From: Chitinophagales bacterium
GTDB lineage: Bacteria > Bacteroidota > Bacteroidia > Chitinophagales > JADIYW01
Reading direction: 5' to 3'
NCBI GenBank assembly: GCA_023957245.1
Contig: JAMLHJ010000014.1
Span: 16,248-80,247 of the forward strand
DNA: 64,000 nucleotides
Position numbers and translations under genes: made by a program. The notes below the pieces were generated by a model. The model was not told the origin of the DNA and did no database searches. It saw only the letters and a list, made by a program, of their open reading frames with translations. Shown here in pieces: positions 9,326 through 18,835 of the stretch; the stretch's first letter is position 1; the number at the start of each line of letters is the position of its first letter.

Positions 9326-10348
9326 TTATTCTTTTACTTTTAAATATGCTTGAGCTAATTTCAAGCCATCTCTCTGACTATTAATATATTCTTGCAATGC
9401 TTCATAAGATACTGATGCATATTTCAATAATGTAGAAGCCTGCCCATAAATAGCATTAGCTTTGATTTTGTTCATGCAATAATATCCATCAAGGAAATTT
9501 TTGATACCTCCAGAAATAATAAATTGCTGACATTGAATTTCCAATGAATGAGTTGCTAAAATTTCATTGACAAACCCTACCATTTCTTCTGCTGAATGAC
9601 CAATTTTAGCAATATCTTGATACAATTCTAAAAATACAGGTTGACTTCTGAGTAATTCCAATTTAGAAAAATTTGTTCCACCATGTGCTGCAAATTCTAT
9701 CGCTTGAATCGGCAATTTCATCAAAGCCAGCAAACTATCTTTTCCCATTCCCTGCCCTACTTCTTTGACAATAACAGGAATATTTGAACGCTCAATAAAA
9801 TCTTGAATCGTTTCTATTGCAGGTCTGAAAAACTGATCTCCTTCTGGTTGCAACCACTCCTGTAGAGGATTGACATGAATAAACAACCCATCTACTCTCA
9901 ATCTTTCTACAAGTCTTTCTATTTTATCTTCTTGCTTCAGACGCAATAATTCGTCCACCTGAGCTACTCCGAGATTGGCATAAAACGGCCTATCCTCTCC
10001 TATTAAATTGCGCCAATCAAAATCTTTTAAACGGACATCACTTTCCAACAATTGACGGCAAGAGCCTAAGCCCATTCCCATTTTAAACTCATTACAAGCA
10101 CGAGCAAGATTTTCATTGATTTGAAATGCCTTTTCTGTTCCACCTGTCATACTTCCCACCCATATAGGCGTATGTATTTCCTTACCTAAAAAAATTTTTA
10201 TAGGAATATCGGTGTCAGATTGTCCCATGAGTGGCTCATAACTAAACCTTTTATCGATATGATAGCTATCAGTCTGAGAAGCAAATGCCAAATCTATATG
10301 GTCATTTTTCCTTTCTTGGGACGTCGGGTCGGTTTTCATTTCACTCAT
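9326..10348 (-). CDS. fni: Type 2 isopentenyl-diphosphate delta-isomerase
   Basis: 340 aa. Motifs VGSMTGG, VKEVGQGMG and AAHGGTNF typical of FMN-dependent IDI-2. Confidence 0.9.
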   Translation of the reverse strand: MSEMKTDPTSQERKNDHIDLAFASQTDSYHIDKRFSYEPLMGQSDTDIPIKIFLGKEIHTPIWVGSMTGGTEKAFQINENLARACNEFKMGMGLGSCRQLLESDVRLKDFDWRNLIGEDRPFYANLGVAQVDELLRLKQEDKIERLVERLRVDGLFIHVNPLQEWLQPEGDQFFRPAIETIQDFIERSNIPVIVKEVGQGMGKDSLLALMKLPIQAIEFAAHGGTNFSKLELLRSQPVFLELYQDIAKIGHSAEEMVGFVNEILATHSLEIQCQQFIISGGIKNFLDGYYCMNKIKANAIYGQASTLLKYASVSYEALQEYINSQRDGLKLAQAYLKVKE

Positions 10349-10372
10349 TTCAATGCTGCTATATCTTTGAAT

Positions 10373-10909
10373 TTATTTCGTTCCTTCTAAAATATGGATA
10401 GATTGATTCATCGCTTCAATATCTTTTACCCACAAATCTCTTTTACTCCAAAAGCACCATCCTGAAGTCTGGAATAATGTATTACCCTGTTGAATCAGTT
10501 GCATGTTAAAAATTAACTTTTTCTCATTCAAAACTCCTGTCAATAACAAATCTTGTACAAAATATCCTTTATCGTTATTATAGCTGGTATCTCTCAAAAC
10601 CAATACTTCATGAAGTCCTTGCTCGGCTTTCTTGACATTCTTTAAGTCATTACTAAGTGAATCAAATAAATAATAAACGTAAGCAGAGTCATTTCTCCAT
10701 TTTTGAGGCACTACAATATAATAGACATCTCTATACTTATTTTGAAGACCAATAATAGCATTGGGATGTAAATCTTCTGTTTTGTTCAGATAAGGCGCAT
10801 AATCCAATTCTAAATGTTTGCGAACTTCTATGTGTTTAGGAATATCAGAATATTTGCATGATGTCATCAATAAAATAACAAATGTCCCTAAAATCAAAAA
10901 TTGTCTCAT
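10373..10909 (-). CDS. Hypothetical lipoprotein
   Basis: 178 aa. Signal peptide with lipobox LMTSC. 24 nt upstream of fni on the same strand. No recognisable domain. Confidence 0.6.
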   Translation of the reverse strand: MRQFLILGTFVILLMTSCKYSDIPKHIEVRKHLELDYAPYLNKTEDLHPNAIIGLQNKYRDVYYIVVPQKWRNDSAYVYYLFDSLSNDLKNVKKAEQGLHEVLVLRDTSYNNDKGYFVQDLLLTGVLNEKKLIFNMQLIQQGNTLFQTSGWCFWSKRDLWVKDIEAMNQSIHILEGTK

Positions 10910-11098
10910 AAATTTAAAATTGCCACTAAGTTACGTTTAATACAGATTTAAGAGTAAGAAAATCATGTTGAATTTTGAAAAGAAGAAAATACTAAAACTA
11001 ATTCACTAAAAAACAACTAGCCATTTTACATTAGAAAACAATACGCAAAGATTTTTTACAAAAAAAATCAAAACCTATCAATTCCTAATTATTAATCC

Positions 11099-11106
11099 TA
11101 CATTTG
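11099..11106 (+). promoter_or_regulatory. Candidate Bacteroidota -7 promoter box (TACATTTG)
   Basis: Exact match to TAnnTTTG, immediately upstream of the TPP aptamer. Confidence 0.45.
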
Positions 11107-11107
11107 C

Positions 11108-11195
11108 CTCGGCTTTAGGGGTATTCTGAAATAGAATTGAGAGAGTCCCTTTGAACCTGACACAGTTCATACTGTCGTAGGGAAAAGTACAGCAT
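11108..11195 (+). promoter_or_regulatory. TPP (THI-box) riboswitch aptamer
   Basis: aggggtattctgaaatagaattgagagagtccctttgaacctgacacagttcatactgtcgtagggaaaag matches the conserved GGGG...UGAGA...CCCUUUGAACCUGA...CGUAGGGAA core. A hairpin at about 11216-11245 could be the expression platform. Confidence 0.85.
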
Positions 11196-11278
11196 GATGA
11201 CCTATTGTGCGTAATGGTATTTTTGAATTTCATTCAAAATATTCCTTTAGCCCAAATTATATTTAAAAATTCAGGCTA

Positions 11279-13351
11279 ATGAACTACTTAAAGACTTTCA
11301 GCAATTACGCTTTTTTGAGTTTCAATTCAACTCAATTCATTGCAAAATTTCAATTCAGATTTTATCGAGCAACATTTGCACTAATCTTGCTCATTTCGAC
11401 TCAGTTACACGCACAAGAAAGCGAAACATCTGACACCATCAATAAATTAGAAGAAGTTGTCATCAATTATCAAGTCAAACAAAATGCTCCAATTGCATTT
11501 CAAAATATCTATTCAGAAGAAATCAAAGCAAAATTGACAGGGCAAGAACCATCCTTCTTTTTATCACAGACTCCATCAATTACCAATTACTCTGACGCAG
11601 GTGGACCCAATGGTTACTCCTATTTCAGAATTAGAGGGATAGACCAACCACGTATCAATTTGACTCTTGATGGAGTCCCTATAAATGAACCTGAAGACCA
11701 AGGAGGATATTTTTCCAACTATCCTGATATCTTTAATTCTGTCAGTAAAATACAGATACAAAGAGGAGTAGGTTCTACAAAAAATGGAGTTGCCAGCTAT
11801 GGCGGAAGTATTCAATTATTCTCTCCTTTATTGACAGACTCAACACAAGTAAATATTGGGTTAAATTATGGCTCGTATAATAGTTTGAGAGCATTTGTAG
11901 AATACAATAGCGGTATAAAAAATCGTAAAGGAATATATGCTAGAGTAAGTGAAGTGTATTCAGATGGATACAAAGAACATTCCAATAATCATTCACAATC
12001 TGTATATCTTTCAGGAGGACTATACTACGATAAAACCACATGGAAATTTAATAGTTTGACAGGTCATCAGCAAAATGGAATGGCTTGGATAGGTGTTTCA
12101 GATTCTCTTATTCAAATCAATAGAAGAACCAATGGCAATGCAAAAGATGAAAAAGACAATACTACACAATCACTTTTTCAGGTACTCAATCAATGGCAAA
12201 TATCATCTTCATCTTCATTGCAATCTAGCGTATATTACACCTATTTAAAAAGTGGATATTACTTTGATTACAACAATTTTATTGGAGCACCTTCTACTGA
12301 TGAATTGTACAAATACGATATGAATTCACATTTTGTTGGTTTATTTTCAAATTATACCTTATCGAAAAAAAATCTCCAATGGACAAGTGGAGTACACGCT
12401 AATTACTACAAGAAAAACCATCATGGAAGCGAAAAAACTTTGGGTCCATTATATAGTAATATTGGATATAAAAACGAAGCCAGTATATTTTCAAAAATCA
12501 ATTACACTTATAAATGGTTGAATGTCTTAGCAGATTTACAATATAGATATGTCATGTTTAACTATAATGGCTCTGTCAAACTATCCAAAATGGATTGGAA
12601 TTTTATCAGTCCAAAACTGGGGATAAATGCTAATATCCATCCAAAACTATCTCTTTATTACAGCGTAGGAAGCACTGGAAGAGAGCCTACAAGAAATGAT
12701 ATATTTGGAGGAAATGACGATTTGCTTGCTGACAGTCTAGGTAATGCTATCTTATTTAACACTACTCCAGAATATGTTCTAGATCATGAACTAGGGCTTA
12801 GATGGACACGAAGTAATCTTCATCTCAATGTCAATTTATACTATATGAATTTCAAAAATGAAATTGTATTAAATGGAAACTTTGGACCCAATGGACTAGC
12901 ATTAACTAATCATGTCGAGAAAAGTTTTAGAATAGGAATTGAATTTAGTCTGGATTACAAAATCAACAAACATTTTAGTATCAGCAATCAATCTTCATAC
13001 AATTACAGTCGTATCAAAGAGCAATCAGAAAAATTTAGCCCTATTTTGACACCTGCTTTCATTATCAATCAGGAAATTGCATACACTGTAAAAGGATTTA
13101 ACATAGCAGTAAATGGTAGATTTCAATCTTCTTCATATATCAATTTTGCCAACACTTCAAAAATAAATTCTTATTTCCTACTTAATGCAAATGCTTCTTA
13201 CCAATATAAGAAATTCAACTTCTCAATTCATGCCAATAACCTTACTAATAGCAAATATTACAACCATGGATATGAGGAATTTGATGGAACAAAAAAATAT
13301 TTTACACAAGCACCTATCAATTATTCATTAGGAATACAATATCGTTTCTAA
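11279..13351 (+). CDS. TonB-dependent receptor (probable thiamine or thiamine-precursor uptake)
   Basis: 690 aa. Signal peptide, plug motif FRIRGIDQPRINLTLDGVPINEPED, C-terminal GIQYRF. Directly downstream of the TPP riboswitch. Confidence 0.85.
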   Translation: MNYLKTFSNYAFLSFNSTQFIAKFQFRFYRATFALILLISTQLHAQESETSDTINKLEEVVINYQVKQNAPIAFQNIYSEEIKAKLTGQEPSFFLSQTPSITNYSDAGGPNGYSYFRIRGIDQPRINLTLDGVPINEPEDQGGYFSNYPDIFNSVSKIQIQRGVGSTKNGVASYGGSIQLFSPLLTDSTQVNIGLNYGSYNSLRAFVEYNSGIKNRKGIYARVSEVYSDGYKEHSNNHSQSVYLSGGLYYDKTTWKFNSLTGHQQNGMAWIGVSDSLIQINRRTNGNAKDEKDNTTQSLFQVLNQWQISSSSSLQSSVYYTYLKSGYYFDYNNFIGAPSTDELYKYDMNSHFVGLFSNYTLSKKNLQWTSGVHANYYKKNHHGSEKTLGPLYSNIGYKNEASIFSKINYTYKWLNVLADLQYRYVMFNYNGSVKLSKMDWNFISPKLGINANIHPKLSLYYSVGSTGREPTRNDIFGGNDDLLADSLGNAILFNTTPEYVLDHELGLRWTRSNLHLNVNLYYMNFKNEIVLNGNFGPNGLALTNHVEKSFRIGIEFSLDYKINKHFSISNQSSYNYSRIKEQSEKFSPILTPAFIINQEIAYTVKGFNIAVNGRFQSSSYINFANTSKINSYFLLNANASYQYKKFNFSIHANNLTNSKYYNHGYEEFDGTKKYFTQAPINYSLGIQYRF

Positions 13352-13378
13352 TTGATTGACAAATAATTATCTTCAAAT

Positions 13379-13427
13379 ACCTGTTTGTTATTTAATGCTT
13401 TTCAATGCATAGTAACAAGCAGGTTTT
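13379..13427 (+). terminator. Hairpin terminator after the TonB-dependent receptor
   Basis: acctgtttgtta ... taacaagcaggt (11/12 complementary) followed by tttt. Confidence 0.5.
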
Positions 13428-13476
13428 GAAGTTTTTATGATGCATTTATCAATGAGTATTTTTATATTGGCAGATA

Positions 13477-13641
13477 ATGAAAAGCAAAAAACATAGTTCA
13501 ATCAAAGCAGTCAAAAAAGCACGTAGAGAAATGGCTATTCAACAAGGAGCTTATGATGGGAGATTTGCACCTAAAGTTCTAAAAAACAAAAAGAAAGAAT
13601 CTTCAAAAAAATCTTGTAGAACTTTCAAATGGGAAGATTAA
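13477..13641 (+). CDS. Small, highly basic hypothetical protein (54 aa); too short for the ORF track
   Basis: Manual translation: MKSKKHSSIKAVKKARREMAIQQGAYDGRFAPKVLKNKKKESSKKSCRTFKWED. ATG at 13477, TAA at 13639-13641. Fills an otherwise empty gap. Confidence 0.4.
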   Translation: MKSKKHSSIKAVKKARREMAIQQGAYDGRFAPKVLKNKKKESSKKSCRTFKWED

Positions 13642-13643
13642 TC

Positions 13644-15251
13644 CTATTTAAGCATTAGACGAATGGACTCTAAAGGAAATCCATCTTTTAATACAATCAA
13701 CTGATATACACCACTACTTAAAAGAAATTGTTTTGTACTTATCTCTTGTTTTTCAATTACATCCATCTTTTTAATAGCTACTACTCTACCCAATTCATCA
13801 AAAATCATCATACTATAATTGCCTTGAATAGCTCCATTCAAAACAATAGTAAAATCACCATCAGTAGGATTGGGATATACATGAATTGCTTTTGCTAAAT
13901 ACTGATTCTTAACAGAAGTAGGTTTTGTTCTGTCAATAATATATTCTATTGAATCTAGCCCACAAGCATTTTCCCCTTTCAACTTTACAACATAATATCT
14001 ACCATCTTTCACATCAAAAATAAAAGAAGCTCCTCTCATCATAAAAGTATCATTGACATACCATTTCATGAAATTTCCTGATAATTGATTTGTGTCACTA
14101 TGAAATATATACTGATTGGTCAATGATAGACTATCTACATCCATCTGTAAATTCAATGGAGGATTATAATGAGTAATCTGAGTAACCATACTGTCACATC
14201 CATTGATTGCAGTATAAATATTCACGACAGTATCACTTTTTGAATTTCCACATGCATATTGAATATCCTGTGTATGTATGGAGTCGCAAATTATCTGACA
14301 AGCCTTAGAGTTCATTAAATTCTTCCTTACTGTACTATAAAACTGAGAATAAGCTCTATCCTTTTGACCTTGAGTAAACAATATTCTCTGCCAGCAATAA
14401 CTCATGATGTTTAAAAAAGAATTATATACATCTGGTGATGAACTACACTGAGTCAGTTCGCAATCATATTTCACATGAGGTGGAGTATCGCATACTTTAT
14501 CTCCTTGATTAGAACAATTGTCATTCAAAGGACAACTATTCTCACTTCCTTCAAAAGTATGATATAAACCCAATGCATGACCAAGCTCATGAGCTAATGT
14601 TGGCGAATTTGCACTCATATATTCATACATGACAGTTGCACCATCATAATTAAAATGAACACCTAAAGGATAATAGGCAAATGCTGCAATATTCTCTTTT
14701 GAAATTTTACTTACAATCCAAATATTATAAACATAATCATGATTCCAGTTGCTCAAATTTTTTAATACAATTTCGTTGGCACCAGGGACACCACCATAGC
14801 TCATCCCCAATTCTTTATAATTGGCTATATGACTTGCATCTACTCTGACTATTCCATTGCTAGGCAGACCTTGAGGAGTCTTATTAGCTAGACAAAATTG
14901 AAAATTCATATCCAAACTATTGCCATTTGCATTTCGCCATAAATCATTTGCATATTGAATTGCATCAATAATCTGCTTATCTGAAAGATTTGCACCTTGA
15001 CCGATTGCTTCACCTGTATGAAGAACGTGGACAGCTACTGGAATTGTAATCAAATCAGCAGATTGAGCTCTCTGATTATGAATGGGAGCTTGTTGAGAAA
15101 ATGATTTATACTCACTAAAATAATTAGGATATAATTTTACATGTTGTTCAAAATATTCATTTCCACATACACCTTGAGCAAAAGTCAAATGATTATATAC
15201 ACTTAACAAACTGTAAATAAATATTAGACATGCAAGTTTTAAACATTTCAT
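13644..15251 (-). CDS. Secreted zinc metalloprotease (M43/pappalysin-like) with a T9SS C-terminal sorting domain
   Basis: Signal peptide, HELGHALGLYH zinc motif, Met-turn context NIMSY, C-terminal VYPNPTDGDFTI sorting-domain signature. Confidence 0.8.
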   Translation of the reverse strand: MKCLKLACLIFIYSLLSVYNHLTFAQGVCGNEYFEQHVKLYPNYFSEYKSFSQQAPIHNQRAQSADLITIPVAVHVLHTGEAIGQGANLSDKQIIDAIQYANDLWRNANGNSLDMNFQFCLANKTPQGLPSNGIVRVDASHIANYKELGMSYGGVPGANEIVLKNLSNWNHDYVYNIWIVSKISKENIAAFAYYPLGVHFNYDGATVMYEYMSANSPTLAHELGHALGLYHTFEGSENSCPLNDNCSNQGDKVCDTPPHVKYDCELTQCSSSPDVYNSFLNIMSYCWQRILFTQGQKDRAYSQFYSTVRKNLMNSKACQIICDSIHTQDIQYACGNSKSDTVVNIYTAINGCDSMVTQITHYNPPLNLQMDVDSLSLTNQYIFHSDTNQLSGNFMKWYVNDTFMMRGASFIFDVKDGRYYVVKLKGENACGLDSIEYIIDRTKPTSVKNQYLAKAIHVYPNPTDGDFTIVLNGAIQGNYSMMIFDELGRVVAIKKMDVIEKQEISTKQFLLSSGVYQLIVLKDGFPLESIRLMLK

Positions 15252-15573
15252 AGCAATTTAAATGTAAAGGAAATACTCCATATATGCAATAAAATGACTA
15301 GTATATTTCATCTAAAAAAATATATAATACTTAGTGAATAGTTACTATATAAAAATATCTCATTAAAAAGATTTCCATACACTTTCGCTCACAACAATTC
15401 AAAACACGGATATTACCTTTCAATATTTTAATATCAATTTTTCATCGATACTTTGTTATATCCTATTTTCTGTAAGATATTATCCTTTGGAATAACTTTT
15501 AGGTATTATGCTCCTAATATTATAGTCAGCTGACAATATAGAATAATCTGAAAAATCAGCTATTTTTACTGAT

Positions 15574-16368
15574 ATGAATAAGCCTACGCTGACTTTAATA
15601 AAAATTGGAGGGAATATTGTAGATCATCCTGATGCTTTAAGTCGATTTTTAAATGATTTTCATCAAATCGAAGGAGAAAAAATATTAGTTCATGGAGGTG
15701 GCAAAATTGCTAGTGAACTATCTAAAACAATGGGTATTGAGCCTGTAATGATTGATGGAAGAAGAGTGACAGACAGCGAGACCTTGAAAATCGTCACTAT
15801 GGTTTATGGTGGTTTGATTAATAAACAAATCACAGCTCAACTTCAGACATTAAATACAAATGCAATTGGCATTTCTGGAGTTGATGGAAAAATAATTTTA
15901 GCACACAAAAGAAATCATCCTTCTATTGATTTTGGATATGTTGGAGATATTGAAAAAGTAGATGCTCAAAAAATAAAATCATTAATTCAAGCAGGATTTG
16001 TTCCCATTTTTGCACCATTGACTATTGACAACAAAGGTCAAATACTCAATACCAATGCCGACACAATAGCATCTTCTTTGGCTATAGCACTTAGTGAAGC
16101 ATTTCAAGTTCATTTCTATTATTGCTTTGAAAAAAAAGGATTATTGAAAGATATCAATGATGACAATTCATCCGTTCCACATATTCAGATAGGAAATATC
16201 CAGAGCCTCATTGACGACAAAACAATAGTAGCAGGAATGATTCCCAAAGTACATAATATTGAAATGGCTATTCTTAAAGGTGTACACCAAGTCAGATTGT
16301 GTCATGCTTCGGATATTTTTCATATCATTCAGGAAAACAAAGCATTAGGAACCTTATTTACAGCATAA
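15574..16368 (+). CDS. argB: Acetylglutamate kinase
   Basis: 264 aa. LIKIGGN and VHGGG motifs of the amino-acid kinase family. Confidence 0.85.
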   Translation: MNKPTLTLIKIGGNIVDHPDALSRFLNDFHQIEGEKILVHGGGKIASELSKTMGIEPVMIDGRRVTDSETLKIVTMVYGGLINKQITAQLQTLNTNAIGISGVDGKIILAHKRNHPSIDFGYVGDIEKVDAQKIKSLIQAGFVPIFAPLTIDNKGQILNTNADTIASSLAIALSEAFQVHFYYCFEKKGLLKDINDDNSSVPHIQIGNIQSLIDDKTIVAGMIPKVHNIEMAILKGVHQVRLCHASDIFHIIQENKALGTLFTA

Positions 16369-17447
16369 TGGAACAAACGATTATTTTTCAAAAAACATTT
16401 CAATTGCTGAAAGATTTGATTGCTACGCCTTCATTGAGTAGAGAAGAAGAAAATGCAGCCCAAGTCATTAGAGATTTTTTTACAACTGAAAATATAATAT
16501 TTCATACCCGTCAAAATAATACATGGGCATTCAATAAATATTTTGATAAAAATCTTCCTACCCTATTACTCAATTCACACATTGATACAGTCAAACCATC
16601 ATCTTTATACACCAAAAACCCATATAGCCCGATTGAAGAAGATGGGAAACTCTATGGTTTGGGAAGCAATGATGCAGGTGGAGCATTAGTAAGCCTTATT
16701 GGTGCATTTCTATACTTTTATGATCAAAAAAATCTTCCTTTTAATATTTGTATTGCAGCGACTGCAGAAGAAGAAATTTCAGGTTCTAATGGCATAGCTT
16801 CAATTTCTGACATTACATCTTCTTGTACACTAGCTATTGTAGGCGAACCGACAGAAATGCAAATGGCAACTGCTGAGAGAGGATTAATGGTCATAGACGC
16901 AACAGTATATGGAGTAACAGGGCATGCTGCAAGAGATACAGGAGACAATGCAATATATAAAGCAATAGAAGATATTCATTGGATCAAAAACCATCAGCTA
17001 GAAAAACTTTGCCCTGTCTTGGGAGCCACAAAAATGACAGTCACTGTTATTGAAGCAGGAAAACAGCATAATGTAGTTCCAGATATTTGCAAATATGTGA
17101 TAGATGTTCGTACTACTGCTGCTTATGATTACGAAGAACTTATCCAATTTCTTCAAAGTCATCTTCATGCACAAATCCAAGCACGTTCCACAAGGTTACA
17201 ACCAAGTGTTATAGCCGATGAGCACCCAATTGTACAAGCTGCAAAAGAATTAAATATTCCTACATTTGGTTCGGCTACACTTTCAGATCAGGCATTATTA
17301 AAAATTCCATCCATCAAAATGGGACCAGGTAAATCTGAGCGTTCACATACTGCAGATGAATATATCTTCATACAAGAACTAGAGGAAGGGTTAAATATTT
17401 ATATTCAATTAATTAAAAAACTGTCATGTTTAAAAGTAAAAAAATAA
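16368..17447 (+). CDS. M20-family acetylornithine deacetylase-like metallohydrolase
   Basis: Start at MEQTIIF (TAATG overlap with the argB stop). M20 motifs NSHIDTV, GSNDAGG and EEE. Confidence 0.75.
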   Translation: MEQTIIFQKTFQLLKDLIATPSLSREEENAAQVIRDFFTTENIIFHTRQNNTWAFNKYFDKNLPTLLLNSHIDTVKPSSLYTKNPYSPIEEDGKLYGLGSNDAGGALVSLIGAFLYFYDQKNLPFNICIAATAEEEISGSNGIASISDITSSCTLAIVGEPTEMQMATAERGLMVIDATVYGVTGHAARDTGDNAIYKAIEDIHWIKNHQLEKLCPVLGATKMTVTVIEAGKQHNVVPDICKYVIDVRTTAAYDYEELIQFLQSHLHAQIQARSTRLQPSVIADEHPIVQAAKELNIPTFGSATLSDQALLKIPSIKMGPGKSERSHTADEYIFIQELEEGLNIYIQLIKKLSCLKVKK

Positions 17448-17923
17448 CACTTGCATTATTTATATTTTTCCTCATTTTTCTGATAGGAACTTTTGTCAAA
17501 AGATATCTCATCGCACCAGAACTCGATTTAAAAGAAATAATAGTAGAATCCTCAGAGGGAGAAAAAATAGATTTAAGTCAATTTAAAGGAAAAGTAATTG
17601 TTCTTAATTTTTGGGCGACATGGTGTCCTCCGTGTGTGCAGGAAATGCCGATGTTTGAAAACGTCTATCAAGAATTGAAAAATCAAGAGATTGCATTTGT
17701 TTTAGCATCAGATGAAAGCAAAAATAGAATAGAAGCATTTAAGAGTAAACATCAATTATCTGTTCCTATTTATCTACTACATACAGAAATGAAAAAGCTA
17801 GGAATATATACCATTCCTATTACATTTATCTTTGACAAAAAAGGTAATCTTGTAGCCAAAAAGATGGGTGCATTTGAGTCTGCTGGTGAACTCATGCTTT
17901 ATATTCAGCCTTATCTCAATTAA
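17426..17923 (+). CDS. TlpA-family thiol:disulfide oxidoreductase (membrane-anchored thioredoxin fold)
   Basis: 165 aa. N-terminal TM segment and WATWCPPC active site. Confidence 0.8.
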   Translation: MFKSKKITLALFIFFLIFLIGTFVKRYLIAPELDLKEIIVESSEGEKIDLSQFKGKVIVLNFWATWCPPCVQEMPMFENVYQELKNQEIAFVLASDESKNRIEAFKSKHQLSVPIYLLHTEMKKLGIYTIPITFIFDKKGNLVAKKMGAFESAGELMLYIQPYLN

Positions 17924-17997
17924 AAATTTTAAACCCTATTTGAATTTAGATTTACATTTTTAAATAAATATTATATCTTCATCCATATACATTTAAA

Positions 17998-18828
17998 ATG
18001 TCTAATACCCCAAAAACTAAATCTTCCCAAAAGAAAAATAATCATTCAAATACAAAATATTGGATACTATTATTGCTCTTTTCTACCCTATTTATGGGAG
18101 GTGCTGGATACTTATTAAAAGAAACCAAAGGGAAGTTTCATCACTCAAGACATAAAATAAATAATTCCAAATATGAAACAAAGCGTATCAATGGAATTCT
18201 TGACCACCACTCAGACAAAATATTGGGAATAGATATTTCTCATTATCAATCAAAAGATAAAATCAAATGGGAGAATTTTACGATTGGCGATAATAATGCA
18301 GAAATCAAATTTATCGTCATGAGAGCCACTATGGGCAAAAATGGAAAAGACAAGCATTTCAATGAATATTGGGAAAAAGCTAAAGATGTAAATCTGATTC
18401 GTGGTGCTTATCATTATTACCGTCCTCATGAAGATCCTGAAAAACAAGCTAAATGGTTTTTAAAAAATATTGACCTTCAACAAGGCGACCTCCATCCTAT
18501 TTTGGACATAGAAAAATATCCTAGAGGAAAGTCAAAAGAAGATTTTCATAAAGATTTGAAAATTTGGCTTAAAATAGTTGAAGAAGCTTATGGCAAGCAA
18601 CCTATTATTTATAGCTATTATTCATTTTATAATGATTATCTAAGAGGAGAGTTTGAGGAATATCCATTGTGGATGGCCAATTATAGAGATGTATTAGTTC
18701 CATCAAAAATAGACAATTGGGCATTTTGGCAGTTTACAGAAAAAGGTATCGTTTCCAATATCAAAACCAAAGTAGATGTCAATATTTTTAATGGAAAACT
18801 TTCCCAATTGAAAAAATACACAATCTAG
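17998..18828 (+). CDS. GH25 muramidase (lysozyme) with an N-terminal membrane anchor
   Basis: GIDISHYQ, FIVMRAT, AYHYY and PILDIE motifs of glycoside hydrolase family 25. One TM segment at aa 21-40. Confidence 0.8.
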   Translation: MSNTPKTKSSQKKNNHSNTKYWILLLLFSTLFMGGAGYLLKETKGKFHHSRHKINNSKYETKRINGILDHHSDKILGIDISHYQSKDKIKWENFTIGDNNAEIKFIVMRATMGKNGKDKHFNEYWEKAKDVNLIRGAYHYYRPHEDPEKQAKWFLKNIDLQQGDLHPILDIEKYPRGKSKEDFHKDLKIWLKIVEEAYGKQPIIYSYYSFYNDYLRGEFEEYPLWMANYRDVLVPSKIDNWAFWQFTEKGIVSNIKTKVDVNIFNGKLSQLKKYTI

Positions 18829-18835
18829 AATTTCA

